From the NCBI GenBank assembly GCA_022750435.1, contig JAKIVS010000001.1, positions 102,542 to 166,541 of the forward strand: a stretch of DNA of 64,000 nt, read 5' to 3'. Position 1 is the first letter of the stretch, and each line of letters opens with the position of its first letter. Positions 17,245 to 27,641 of the stretch are shown here, piece by piece. Position numbers and translations under genes: made by a program. Origin of the DNA: Thermoplasmata archaeon (lineage in GTDB: Archaea > Thermoplasmatota > Thermoplasmata > Lutacidiplasmatales > UBA184). The notes beneath the pieces were generated by a model. That model searched no databases. It worked only from the letters and a program-made list of their open reading frames with translations, and was not told where the DNA came from.

Positions 17245-19344
17245 ATGACGTTCTCGGACGGCCAACTCGAACTGGTGACCGTCCTCGCCGGGTTGCTCGC
17301 CCTCGCCTATGCTGGGGTCCAGACCGCGCTTCTCCTTCGTGAGGACGAAGGAACCGAGGAGATGCGCTCGATCGCGGCCGCCATCCGGGAGGGCGCGGTC
17401 GCCTTCCTGAAGCGCGAGTACACCGCCGTGTTCATCGTGGCCCTGGTGCTCGCGGTCGTCATCGCCTTCGCCTTCAACATCACCGGGGACGGCCCACGCC
17501 TCGCGGTCGGATTCCTGTTCGGAGCGGCGGGGTCGGCCCTCGCGGGCGCCATCGGCATGCTCGTCAGCGTCCGGGCGAACGTCCGGACGGCGGCCCACGC
17601 ACGGAAGGGAAACCTCGGCGAGACGATGCGCTACGCGTTCCGGGGGGGCTCGGTCACGGGCCTCTCGGTCGCCGGCCTGGCCCTGCTCGAGCTGGTCGGA
17701 TTCTACTGGGCGTTCGGCGGGAACGTCCTCCAGATGATCGGCCTCCTGTTCGGCGCTTCCCTGATGAGCCTGTTCGCGCGCGTCGGCGGCGGCATCTACA
17801 CGAAGGGCGCCGATGTCGGCGCCGACCTCGTCGGCAAGCTCGAGGCGGGGATCCCCGAGGACGACCCGCGCAACCCCGCGGTGATCGCGGACAACGTGGG
17901 CGACAACGTCGGGGACTGCGCCGGGATGGCCGCGGACCTGTTCGAGACCTACGTCGTCACCGCGGTCTCGGCGATGCTCCTCGCCAGCCTCATCCAACCC
18001 GTCACCGCGGCCTTCCCCCACGCGATTCTGTTCCCGCTCGTCATCTCCGCCTGGGCGATCGTGGCCACCATCATCGGCGGATTGTTCGTCCGGATGCGGC
18101 CGGGCGGCTCCATTATGGGGGCTCTCTACCAGGGGCTCGCGGCGACGACTGGGGTGGGCTTGGTCGGCCTCTACTTCCTCGACTCCGAACTGATGGGCGG
18201 CAGCCCGGGCATCTTCATCGCGACGGCGATCGGCCTCATTGTCATGGTCCTGATTGTCCTCAGCACGGACTACTACACCTCGTCGAGCTACAGCCCCGTC
18301 CACCGGATCGCCGAGTCAGCGCAGGCCGGCGCCGGTCCCACGGTGATCACGGGCCTCTCGGTCGGGCTCGAGTCCGCCTGGATCCCCGGCCTCGTCATCG
18401 TCGCCGGTACCTTGGGTGCCTACGCCGCCGTCGGGTGGACCGGCTGGGGAAACCCGATCAACAGCGAACTCGGACTCTACGGCATTGGCCTGGCCGCGGC
18501 GAGCATGCTCGCGGTGACCGGCATGATCATCTCGATCGACGCCTTCGGGCCGATCACCGACAACGCGGGCGGCATCGCGGAGATGGCCAAGTTGCCCGCC
18601 GAGGCCCGGGCGGTGACCGACCCCCTCGACGCGGTCGGGAACACGACGAAGGCGGTCACGAAGGGGTACGCGATCGGTTCGGCCGTACTGGCCGCCCTCG
18701 CGCTGTTCGCCGCCTACACGTTTGCCGCGGCGCAGCAGGCCGGGATTCCCTGGTCGAGCTTCACCAGCAACCTCACGATCGACAACCCGCTCGTCGTCTC
18801 GGGCCTGATCATCGGCGCGATTCTGCCGTTCTTCTTCACCTCGTTCCTGATGAACGCGGTCGGGGTCGCCGCTCAGGCGATCGTCTTCGAGGTCCGCCGC
18901 CAGTTCAAGGAGATCCCGGGCATCCTCGAGGGCACCGGCAAGCCGGAGTACGGAAAGTGCGTCTCCATCGTCACGGACACCGCCCTCCGCCAGCTCGCCG
19001 TCCCGGCGATCATCGGCGTCGCGACGCCGCTCGTCGTCGGCTTCCTCCTGGGGCCCGTCGCTCTTGCGGGTCTCCTGCTCGGCGTCATCCTCTCGGGCTT
19101 CCCGCTCGCGCTCACCATGACGACGGGTGGCGGCGCCTGGGACAACGGGAAGAAGTACATCGAGATGGGTCACTACGGCGGGAAACACTCGGACGCCCAC
19201 AAGGCGGCCGTGGTGGGCGACACCGTCGGCGACGCGACGAAGGATACCGCGGGTCCCGCCATCAACCCGCTGATCAAGGTCGTCAACACGATTTCGATCC
19301 TGTTCATCGCGCTGATCGTCGCGCACTCTCTCGTCGGGATCTAG
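17245..19344 (+). CDS. hppA: Membrane pyrophosphatase, K+-independent H+-PPase type
   Basis: GGGIYTKGADVGADLVGK, DNVGDNVGD, GNTTKA (Lys marks the K+-independent type), GGAWDNGKK. TATA-like TTTAATAT at about 17198. Confidence 0.96.
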   Translation: MTFSDGQLELVTVLAGLLALAYAGVQTALLLREDEGTEEMRSIAAAIREGAVAFLKREYTAVFIVALVLAVVIAFAFNITGDGPRLAVGFLFGAAGSALAGAIGMLVSVRANVRTAAHARKGNLGETMRYAFRGGSVTGLSVAGLALLELVGFYWAFGGNVLQMIGLLFGASLMSLFARVGGGIYTKGADVGADLVGKLEAGIPEDDPRNPAVIADNVGDNVGDCAGMAADLFETYVVTAVSAMLLASLIQPVTAAFPHAILFPLVISAWAIVATIIGGLFVRMRPGGSIMGALYQGLAATTGVGLVGLYFLDSELMGGSPGIFIATAIGLIVMVLIVLSTDYYTSSSYSPVHRIAESAQAGAGPTVITGLSVGLESAWIPGLVIVAGTLGAYAAVGWTGWGNPINSELGLYGIGLAAASMLAVTGMIISIDAFGPITDNAGGIAEMAKLPAEARAVTDPLDAVGNTTKAVTKGYAIGSAVLAALALFAAYTFAAAQQAGIPWSSFTSNLTIDNPLVVSGLIIGAILPFFFTSFLMNAVGVAAQAIVFEVRRQFKEIPGILEGTGKPEYGKCVSIVTDTALRQLAVPAIIGVATPLVVGFLLGPVALAGLLLGVILSGFPLALTMTTGGGAWDNGKKYIEMGHYGGKHSDAHKAAVVGDTVGDATKDTAGPAINPLIKVVNTISILFIALIVAHSLVGI

Positions 19345-19492
19345 ACGGGCAATCCCCCCCTCCGGCTCTCGGGGCCCGGTCGACAGCCCCCCCGATTGCC
19401 GAGCGCCGCCCTCCCGTGCGTTGGCGGGAGGTTTTGTAGCCTCCTCCACGTTCCGTCGATGCCCCTCGTCCGGGGGTCCGGGGTAGAATCGC

Positions 19493-21454
19493 ATGTGGTA
19501 CGACGACCCGACGACCCAATTCGTGATCCTTCTCATCGTCGGACTGATCGTCCTCTGGCTCGTCGTCGCCGGATTCTTCCTGATCGCCGACAACCAGGTC
19601 GGCATTCTGACCCGCCGGGCGCTCGGCAAGCCGATGCCGCAGGGGCAGGTCATCGCCCGCCGCGGGCAGGTCGGCGTCCAGGCCGACACGCTCGTTCCCG
19701 GACTCTACTGGCGACTCCCGCTCGTCTGGCGCATCGAGAAGATGGAGATCATCAACATCCCCGATGGCCAGATCGGCGTGGTCGAGGCGATCGATGGCCA
19801 GCCGCTCCCGAAGGGGCGGGTCGTGGGCGACGAGGTCGAGTGCAACCAGTTCCAGGACGCCCGGATGTTCCTCGACGGTGACGGCTCGCCGACAGGCCGC
19901 CGGGGCCACAAGGGACCCCAGGGCGCTCTCCTCCGGCCGGGAAAGTACCGGATCAACACGCGACTCTTCCTCGTGGGCCTCCGGCCGGCGACCCTGATCA
20001 CGATCGGCTCCTTCGGAGTCGTCGTCGCCCAGGACGGCAAGCCGATGCCGTCGAACCTCCAGGTCGCCCCGCCCTCGAAGGGCGCCCACAGCTACTTCCA
20101 GAAGGGCCAGGAGTTCCTGGACGGCGAAGGCTACCGGGGTCCGCAGCTCGACACCCTTCAGGCCGGTTTGTATTACATCAATCCCCTCCTGTTCTCCGTT
20201 CAAGCCTACAAGCTCTACGAGGTGCCACCGGGGAGCGTTGCCGTGCTCCGGTCGAACGTCGGCGCCGAGCTGACGAGGACGACGGAAGTCCCGATCCCCG
20301 TCGGCGACCCGACCCGCTCGATCACTACCGCGCCGCTCCACGAGGACGTGGAGATGCTGGTCCCCCTGACCACCGACAAGGGGGTTCGGGGCATCTACAA
20401 GGAGCCGCTCGCCCCGGGCGTCTACAACCTCAACCCGGTCGCCTACACCGCCTACCTGGTGCCGACGAGCGCCGTCATGATCGACTGGGCCGACGAACCC
20501 AACCGAGGCGGTGACGAACAGCGGGAGCTGTTCCAGTTCGGGTCCCTCGGGGTCACGTCGAAGGACGGGTTTGCCATCGCCGTCGAGGTCCGCCTGGTGA
20601 CCCGCATCGACCCTGCGAATGCCGCGTTCATCATCGCCCGGTTCGGGTCGGTCCGGGGGCTCATCGAGCAGATCATCCACCCGGTGATCGACGCCGAGTT
20701 CCGCAACAACGCCGGGAGCAAGAAAGCCCTCGAGTTCGTCCAGAGCCGGACGGACCTCCAGAAGGAGGCCCTCGACAAGGCGAAGGACGCGTTCGGGAAG
20801 TACAACGTCGAGGCCCAGAACCTGCTGATCAGCCAGATCAAGATGCCGCCGGAGCTGATGGCGACCCAGACCCAGAAGGAGATCGCCATGCAGCAGCAGG
20901 CGCAGTACGAGGAGCAAGCCAAGGCTGCGAACAAGCAGATTGCGGTCCAGGAAATGCTCGCCCGGGCGGCAAAGCAACCGGAGGTCGTGGCCGCCCTGCT
21001 CCAGATCGACATCAACAAGAACCGCGCCTCGGCGATGGTCGAGGAGGCGAACGGGATCCGGGACTCCACCCGCATCAAGGCTGAGGGAGACAAGTCGGCC
21101 CTCGTCCTGATCGGCGACGGAGAGGGGACCAAAGCGGCAGCCATCGGAGCGGGAGAGGCGAAGGCCGTCGAAGCCGTCGGTCTCGCCCAGGGGCGCGCCT
21201 ACCAGGCCCAGACCGAGGTTCTCGGTCCGGACAAGGTCGCCCTGGTCCGCGTGATGGAGGCGGTCCGCGACGGGAAGATCGCAATCACGCCGACGACCCT
21301 ATTCCAGATGGGCGGGGAGAAGGACGGCGGTTCGGCCGGAACCTTGCTGACCGCGTACTTCGCGCGCGTGCTTGCCGGCATGGACGTCCCGGCCTCGAGT
21401 TCCGCCCCAAGCGCACCGGCACCGAGCGCCCCGTCCTCGTCGTCGAAGAAGTAG
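19493..21454 (+). CDS. SPFH/flotillin-like membrane protein
   Basis: N-terminal TM, repeated GxQxxxLxPGxY motifs, SKDGF Band-7 core, AEG/EA-rich coiled coil. Confidence 0.88.
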   Translation: MWYDDPTTQFVILLIVGLIVLWLVVAGFFLIADNQVGILTRRALGKPMPQGQVIARRGQVGVQADTLVPGLYWRLPLVWRIEKMEIINIPDGQIGVVEAIDGQPLPKGRVVGDEVECNQFQDARMFLDGDGSPTGRRGHKGPQGALLRPGKYRINTRLFLVGLRPATLITIGSFGVVVAQDGKPMPSNLQVAPPSKGAHSYFQKGQEFLDGEGYRGPQLDTLQAGLYYINPLLFSVQAYKLYEVPPGSVAVLRSNVGAELTRTTEVPIPVGDPTRSITTAPLHEDVEMLVPLTTDKGVRGIYKEPLAPGVYNLNPVAYTAYLVPTSAVMIDWADEPNRGGDEQRELFQFGSLGVTSKDGFAIAVEVRLVTRIDPANAAFIIARFGSVRGLIEQIIHPVIDAEFRNNAGSKKALEFVQSRTDLQKEALDKAKDAFGKYNVEAQNLLISQIKMPPELMATQTQKEIAMQQQAQYEEQAKAANKQIAVQEMLARAAKQPEVVAALLQIDINKNRASAMVEEANGIRDSTRIKAEGDKSALVLIGDGEGTKAAAIGAGEAKAVEAVGLAQGRAYQAQTEVLGPDKVALVRVMEAVRDGKIAITPTTLFQMGGEKDGGSAGTLLTAYFARVLAGMDVPASSSAPSAPAPSAPSSSSKK

Positions 21455-21522
21455 ACAGCATTCGGCCCGCGGAGTAGGGACGCGGGCCGCCGGACCGGCG
21501 GCGTCGATTCGTTGGAGCCGCG

Positions 21523-21885
21523 CTACGCGTAGTGGCTCATCGTCGACCGCTCTTTCTTGGACTCGCGCGCCTGCTCGCCCTTCTCTTCGGCGCGGCGCTC
21601 CTTCTCGCACTCTCCTTCGTTCACCCAGAGGAATTCGACGTCCTCCGGATGGTCGTGGGAGATGAACGCGCCCGCCTCGAAGGCGGAGCAGAGCAACTCC
21701 TCGAGGTTGTCCGAGTCCGTCCCCTCGAGCCGTCCCGCGGTCCGCCAGTACCAGTCGGGAGCCTTCCCCGCGGCCTGCAGATACTCGGTGATGAGGTCGT
21801 AGATCGAAGCGTGCTCGTCGCGGAGCCGGACGTGCAGATGTTTCTGCTCCGCCTCGGGGCTCTCCGCGGCGGGGGACTCGGCCAT
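21523..21885 (-). CDS. Hypothetical protein
   Basis: Fills the gap with protein-like acidic composition. TTATA just upstream on the minus strand. Confidence 0.65.
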   Translation of the reverse strand: MAESPAAESPEAEQKHLHVRLRDEHASIYDLITEYLQAAGKAPDWYWRTAGRLEGTDSDNLEELLCSAFEAGAFISHDHPEDVEFLWVNEGECEKERRAEEKGEQARESKKERSTMSHYA

Positions 21886-22032
21886 CGCCCGTCCGAGTCG
21901 GGCACGGCCTATAACTCCTCCCGAGGTCGCGGGCGAAGATCGGCGCGTCAGCGTTCGTCGGGCCGGCCGGTCGTATCCTTCATCTAACTCCGGGCGTCTC
22001 GCGTCCTCGGAACCTTGTACAGCCCCATCCCC

Positions 22033-22383
22033 ATGCCGGTCGCGGTCCCGGCGGCGTCGCAGACGACGGGTCGGTACGCTTACCTCGTCGGGCGACTGCG
22101 CAGCCGCCAGATCACGATGGAGGAGGCGACCGAATTGTTCGCCCTCCAGCAGACCATGATCGCCCGGGCCTCGGTGATGAACAACCCACCGCCTCCGCCT
22201 CCGGCCGCGCCGCAGGATTCGACGGTGGCGACCCCGCCCCCGCGGAACGTTCCGGCGGGAGGGGGGGGCCTCCCGGTCAACGACGAGACGATCACCCTCG
22301 CCCTCCTCGGAATGGGGGTCGGCGCGGGACTCCTCGCCGCGGTCCTCAAGCGCGCCCGAGATGGTCCGAAACCGCCCGGGTAG
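22033..22383 (+). CDS. Hypothetical protein with C-terminal TM helix
   Basis: Ends 8 nt upstream of mre11. Pro-rich linker and TM ITLALLGMGVGAGLLAAVL. Confidence 0.65.
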   Translation: MPVAVPAASQTTGRYAYLVGRLRSRQITMEEATELFALQQTMIARASVMNNPPPPPPAAPQDSTVATPPPRNVPAGGGGLPVNDETITLALLGMGVGAGLLAAVLKRARDGPKPPG

Positions 22384-22391
22384 CGGCTTCC

Positions 22392-23675
22392 ATGTCCGGG
22401 AAGCCGTTCCGATTCGCCCACCTCGCCGACGCGCACGTCGGCGCCTGGTCGAGGGACCTCGCGATCCGGGACGCCCTCCGGGAGAGCGTCCTGACGGCCC
22501 TGCGGACCGTCCGGGAGCGGGACTGCGATTTCCTGCTCGTTTCGGGTGACCTGTTCCACACGCCGGTCCCGGACCCGGCGGAGGCCGCCCCAGTCGCAGC
22601 GGCCCTGAAGGACCTGGTCGACGACGGGCGACGGATCTACACCATCTACGGGTCGCACGATTACGTTGCGCACCGAACGAGCTGGCTCGACGTCCTCGCG
22701 GAGACCGGGCTGTTCCTCCGGGCGGCGCCGGAGGCGGTCCGGGCCGAGGGGGACCGATGGACCCTCCCCTTCCTCACCGATGAGGAAACGGGGGCCCGGA
22801 TCGCCGGCATCTCCGGCCGTTCGCACGGTCTCGACCGGGCGTACTTCCTCGGAGTAGACTCGGAGGCGTTCCGGGCCGCTCCGGGCTTCAAGATCTTCCA
22901 GTTCCACGCGGCGATCCAGGAGTATCTGCCGGACCATCTTCAAGCGCACATCCGGGGAATCTCGGTCGACGACCTTCCCGGTGGCTGCGACTACTACGCC
23001 GGGGGCCACATCCACCGGTCGTACTCCGGTCGCGGTCCGGAGGGCGCAGGTCTTCTCGTCAATCCGGGGGCGGTGTTCGGCACCTCGGTCACCGACGTCG
23101 AGGACGGATTGGCCGGGCGTTCCCACCGCGGGCTCGTGATCGTCGACGTCACCGACGGACGACCGACGGTGGAGTGGGTCCGCACGACGCCCACGGTGCC
23201 GATCAAGGTCCTCGACGTCGACGTCGATGGGCAGTCGGCGGCGACCGCCCAGGCCGAGATCGCGGCGCTCGTCGAGCGAGAGAGCGTTCCTGGCGCGATT
23301 CTCTTCCCCCGGGTTCACGGGACGCTTTCGGACGGCTCTCTCGGTTCGCTGGGCCTCGGCCGTTGGCGCGCGGGAGCGTCCGCGGCCGCAACCGTGCACT
23401 GGGACCTGGGGGACGCGCAATCGGCGAACGCGCAGGACGTCGGCGTCGAGGGCGACGAGACCCGGCTGGAGGGCGAGACGTTCCACCGTTTGTCCGAGGA
23501 TGCGTCCATCACCCCAGTTGAACTCGCCGGGGCGACCGGCGAACGGCGCCTCAAGGAGCTGTTCGAGGCGCTCGGCTCCGCACGTTCCGAAGGGGAGGCG
23601 AAGTCGGACTACGAGCGGCTCCGGCGGTCCGCCGCGTACCGGGCCCTCGGCCTCGAGGACGAAGAGCGGACGTGA
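22392..23675 (+). CDS. mre11: Mre11/SbcD DNA repair nuclease
   Basis: Phosphoesterase motifs DAHVG, GDLFH, GSHD, FH, GHIH. Overlaps rad50. Confidence 0.9.
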   Translation: MSGKPFRFAHLADAHVGAWSRDLAIRDALRESVLTALRTVRERDCDFLLVSGDLFHTPVPDPAEAAPVAAALKDLVDDGRRIYTIYGSHDYVAHRTSWLDVLAETGLFLRAAPEAVRAEGDRWTLPFLTDEETGARIAGISGRSHGLDRAYFLGVDSEAFRAAPGFKIFQFHAAIQEYLPDHLQAHIRGISVDDLPGGCDYYAGGHIHRSYSGRGPEGAGLLVNPGAVFGTSVTDVEDGLAGRSHRGLVIVDVTDGRPTVEWVRTTPTVPIKVLDVDVDGQSAATAQAEIAALVERESVPGAILFPRVHGTLSDGSLGSLGLGRWRAGASAAATVHWDLGDAQSANAQDVGVEGDETRLEGETFHRLSEDASITPVELAGATGERRLKELFEALGSARSEGEAKSDYERLRRSAAYRALGLEDEERT

Positions 23676-26290
23676 CGCTGCATCTCGCGAAGCTCTCCCT
23701 CCGGAACGTCCGGAGCTACGAGTCCGCCGAGATCGAATTCGGACCCGGGGTCACGGTCCTCGTCGGCGACGTCGGCTCTGGCAAGACCAGCCTCCTCCAC
23801 GCCATCGAGATGGCGCTGTTCGGCTTTGCCGAGGTCGAAGCGCCCTACCTCGTTCGGCACAAGTCCGGGGCCGCCTCCGTCACTCTCACCCTGACCGACG
23901 GCGAACATTCCTACGAGCTTGCCCGGACGTTCCGCCGCAAGACCCGCAAGGGCCGGGAAGTGTTCGAGCCGGAGGAACCCTCGTTCCGGGTCGACGGGGA
24001 GCTCCGAACCTACTCGGCGACCGAGTTTCGCCAGCGAGTGATTGAGCTCCTTGGATTCCCGGACAATCCGAATCCACGCTCCCGGTCCGACCTGTGGCGG
24101 TGGGCGGTGTACACGCCGCAAGAGCGGATGCGGGAGATCCTTCGGGAGGACGAGGCCGACGCTCGGCTGGAAACCATCCGTAAGGCGCTCGGGCTGGAGC
24201 GGTATCGACTCGCCGCCGACAACGCCGAGATGCTCGCGACCGCACTCCGGGCGCGGGCGAGAACGTACGCCGACGTCGCCCGCGGACTCCAGCACTTCGA
24301 GGCCGACCTCGCGAAGGCGGAGGGGGACCTTACCGCATCGACGACCGCCCTGGCCGACGCCGAGGGTCGGGCCGCGGAGAGCCGGCGCACGGCGTCGGAG
24401 GTCGAGGAGCTCCTCGCCGCGTCGGAGGCCGGGCGCCGGGCCCGCGAGGCCGACCAGCGAGAGTGGGAGCAACGGAATCAGGACCGTGGTCGCCTGGAAG
24501 TTGCTCTGGCGGCCACCTCCCGTCGAGTGACGGCCGCCCGCACCGAGGCCGACGAACGCCAGCGAGCGGTCGATGCCCTCGAGGAGCTCGGGCCTCGCGT
24601 GGACGAGGCACGACGGACGGCATCGGAGGCCGACCGTGCGTGGAGCACGGCCCGCGCCGAGCTCGAGGGCCTCGATCGGGCGGCCAAGGAGCTAGCGGCC
24701 GCCCAGCACGCGACCGCCTCGGTGCGGAACGCGCTGCACGAGCTGGAGCGCACGGCGGGGGCGAACCGGGAGGAGCTCGGGCGAGCCGAACAGGAGGCCG
24801 CGGAGGCGCTCGGATCCGGTCCGGCCAGGGAGCCGGTCGCGCCGACCCCGCGAACTGTGGACGAGCTCTCGCTGTCGATCCAGGAGCTGCGGGTCGAGGA
24901 GCAGACCCGAGTCCGAGAGTCGAGCGTCCGGGACACTGAGGAGCGGGAACTCTCGTTGCTCATCGCGGGCAAGAGTTGTCCGCGGTGCCACCAGACGGTG
25001 CGTCCGGAGGAGTTCGCCTCGCACCAAGCCGAGGCGAAGCGGGCCGCGGGCGACGCCTCGGAGCTCCTCCGCGAGACGAAGTTCCGTCTCGCCGCCGCCG
25101 AAGGGGAACGCGCGTCTCGCGAACGCTTCGATCGGGCTCACCAGAGTTGGAAGGCTCGGCACGAGCTTCGGACCCGGGCATCGTCGGCGGTGACCCGGGC
25201 CAGGGATCGGGTCGCCGCCGACTCGCAGTCGAGAGCCCAGCTCGCTTCGCAACTCACCGAGGCGGAGGGCACGGAGCGACGGGCCACGGAGCGAGCCGCC
25301 CCCTACGCCGCCGCGCGCACGGTCGTCGTCGAACGCGAGGTCCTGCGCGAGCGAACGCGGGGAGCGCTCGTCGAGCTCGAGCGCCGCACCGCCGCATCAG
25401 CCAGCCTTCGCGATGCGCTGCAGACATCGCGCAGTCACGCCGACGCCGAGGCGCAGCGTCAGGGAGAGGAACAACGGGATCTGGCCGAGGTCGTACGGGT
25501 CCTCGAACGATTGGCGACGACGCTCCTGGGTGCCTCCGAGGCGAACCGCGCCCATGCGGAGCTCCTGGCCCGTCGCGACGCGGCCCGCCGGGCCGAACAA
25601 GGCGCCGCCGTAGCGCTGGCGGGGGCTCGGGAGCGGCGGGGGTTCGCCGAAGAGCGGCAGGCGGCAGCCCGGAAGGGCGTCGCCGAACGGCGGGAGCATC
25701 TCGACCGGTCCGAACGGTTCCTGGCTATCGCCACCTTCGTGGCGACACCGTATCGCGATGCTTTGCTTGACCTGGAACGACGTCTCCTCGGGCGGGCTCA
25801 GGCGACGTTCGAGCGGAGCTTTGCGCGCGCCTTCTCAATGTTGGTGGAGGACCCGGGGCTCTTGGCCCGGTGCGGACCGTCGTTCGTACCGTTCGTGGAG
25901 ATCGACGGCGAGTGGACGCCCGCCGAGGCGCTGAGCGGCGGAGAGCGGACCGCGCTCGCGCTCGCCTTCCGTGTGGCGCTCGGGGACGTGGTCCGGGCCT
26001 CCGGACGCTTGCGGCTCGATACGATCGTACTCGACGAACCGACCGACGGCTTCTCTCCGGAGCAGGTCGGCCGGATGGGCGAGTTGTTGCGCTCCCTCCC
26101 CTGGGGACAGGTCCTGGTAGTGACGCATGAGGCGAGCCTCGCGGGCGTGGCCGACCGGACCGTCCGCGTGACGAAGGTCGGCGGCCTCTCGCACCTTGAG
26201 GGGTCCGGGGGTGTATCCCCCCCCGAACCGGCCCCGACGCGACGCCGAATGGCGACCCGCCTCGATCCGGTTGCCCCGCCGCCTACGTGA
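23672..26290 (+). CDS. rad50: Rad50/SbcC SMC-like ATPase
   Basis: Walker A GDVGSGKT, zinc hook CPRC in the coiled coil, LSGGE, LDEPT, VVTH. Confidence 0.92.
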   Translation: MTLHLAKLSLRNVRSYESAEIEFGPGVTVLVGDVGSGKTSLLHAIEMALFGFAEVEAPYLVRHKSGAASVTLTLTDGEHSYELARTFRRKTRKGREVFEPEEPSFRVDGELRTYSATEFRQRVIELLGFPDNPNPRSRSDLWRWAVYTPQERMREILREDEADARLETIRKALGLERYRLAADNAEMLATALRARARTYADVARGLQHFEADLAKAEGDLTASTTALADAEGRAAESRRTASEVEELLAASEAGRRAREADQREWEQRNQDRGRLEVALAATSRRVTAARTEADERQRAVDALEELGPRVDEARRTASEADRAWSTARAELEGLDRAAKELAAAQHATASVRNALHELERTAGANREELGRAEQEAAEALGSGPAREPVAPTPRTVDELSLSIQELRVEEQTRVRESSVRDTEERELSLLIAGKSCPRCHQTVRPEEFASHQAEAKRAAGDASELLRETKFRLAAAEGERASRERFDRAHQSWKARHELRTRASSAVTRARDRVAADSQSRAQLASQLTEAEGTERRATERAAPYAAARTVVVEREVLRERTRGALVELERRTAASASLRDALQTSRSHADAEAQRQGEEQRDLAEVVRVLERLATTLLGASEANRAHAELLARRDAARRAEQGAAVALAGARERRGFAEERQAAARKGVAERREHLDRSERFLAIATFVATPYRDALLDLERRLLGRAQATFERSFARAFSMLVEDPGLLARCGPSFVPFVEIDGEWTPAEALSGGERTALALAFRVALGDVVRASGRLRLDTIVLDEPTDGFSPEQVGRMGELLRSLPWGQVLVVTHEASLAGVADRTVRVTKVGGLSHLEGSGGVSPPEPAPTRRRMATRLDPVAPPPT

Positions 26291-27389
26291 GCCAGACCCG
26301 GAACTCGGCGTCGTCCCAGGGCGGGGTCTCCGCGAGCTTCAGGTTCTCGGCGAGGTGCTCGGGGCTCTTCTGCCCCACCAGGGCGGCGAGAGTCCCCGGG
26401 GCCGAGCGCGCGAATTGGAGGGCGGTCTGAGCCGCCGTCAGGGACTCGGCTTCCGGCCCTTCTCGGGCGAGCTGCCCCTGGAACAACGGCACGCTCGTGA
26501 ACGTTCCGAGGCCGAGCTTGCGGACGGCGTCGAAGAGGGAGAGACGTTCCCCACCGGCCGTCTGGGTGCGCAACCGGACCGCCTCGGGCATCGCGAGATT
26601 GAACGGAAATTGGACGTAGCGGAACCCGTGGTCCTTCCCACCGACCGTCTCGGCGAGCCGGACGACCTCCTCCAGCTCGAGGTGGCCCGCCTCGCTCCGC
26701 GGCACGCGGAGGCAGTCCCAGGTGGCGATTCCGTACGCCCCCAAGTCGCCCCGATCCCGGAGGGATTCGTAGAACGTGAACGCCGTCTCGAGCCGTTGGT
26801 AGAACTCGTCGTGGCCCACCACCGGGAGTTGCGCGTCCCCGGCGTTGTGGAGGTACATCAGATCGATCGAGGCGAGTCCGAGGTTCTTCTGCGACCGAGC
26901 GAACTGGTCGGCGAGGAAGGCCCGACTCATCGCGTGGCTTCCGTCGACGATGTCCGACGGTCGGAGGATCCCGGGCCGAAGCAGCTCGCGCTCGATCCAC
27001 GGTTGGGGCCCCACGTCGGCCTCTCCATCGGGCGCCAAGTAGCCGTTCTTCGTCGAGACGAAGATCTCGTCCCGGGCGACGACGGAATCGGAGATCGCCC
27101 GTCCCAGGGAGCGACCGATCGAACGCTCGGCTCGCTGGTACCGGTAGTTGATCGCGGTGTCGAGGACGTTGATGCGTCCGGAGGCAAGGCACAGACCGAC
27201 CGCCTGCTCGACCGCGAGGTCCGTGGGAGCGTCCGGCCGACCGATGTAGGTCCCGAGGCCGATCGAGGAGAGCTGAAGCCCCCCCGGTGCCGACCGGAAG
27301 TGGGTTGCCGGAAGCTTCCGACGGCCCATGCCGCGGTCCCGGAACCGGGCAGTCCCGGCGGCCGTCGCCAGTCCGGAAATGGCGGCCAC
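26283..27389 (-). CDS. Aldo/keto reductase
   Basis: LSSIGLGTY, DTAINY, VSTKNG, IDLMYLHN. Confidence 0.9.
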   Translation of the reverse strand: MAAISGLATAAGTARFRDRGMGRRKLPATHFRSAPGGLQLSSIGLGTYIGRPDAPTDLAVEQAVGLCLASGRINVLDTAINYRYQRAERSIGRSLGRAISDSVVARDEIFVSTKNGYLAPDGEADVGPQPWIERELLRPGILRPSDIVDGSHAMSRAFLADQFARSQKNLGLASIDLMYLHNAGDAQLPVVGHDEFYQRLETAFTFYESLRDRGDLGAYGIATWDCLRVPRSEAGHLELEEVVRLAETVGGKDHGFRYVQFPFNLAMPEAVRLRTQTAGGERLSLFDAVRKLGLGTFTSVPLFQGQLAREGPEAESLTAAQTALQFARSAPGTLAALVGQKSPEHLAENLKLAETPPWDDAEFRVWLT

Positions 27390-27641
27390 GGACCGCTGTG
27401 CCGCGGCGGGAGAAAAGCTCCCCCCGACGCGGGCGAAGCTCCATACCCAGGTTGTTCTAGGGAGTAGCGGGCGGCGACCGATGCCACGCCGGAAGTACGG
27501 TCACCTGCGGAAGCCCATCCCGCCGGTGCCGCCGGAGAAGTGTCGATACCGCCGCCTCGGCCGACGGTGCCCGGCCCACCCGCACCGATCCGGAGCCCGG
27601 ACGAGCGAGGGGGACCGGTAGTGGACAGCGGGCCGCTCGGA

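Noticed and set aside
17074..20977. Long antisense ORFs over hppA and the SPFH gene (similarly over sufB, sufS and ABCE1)
   Set aside because: Typical stop-poor antisense frames in high-GC coding DNA.
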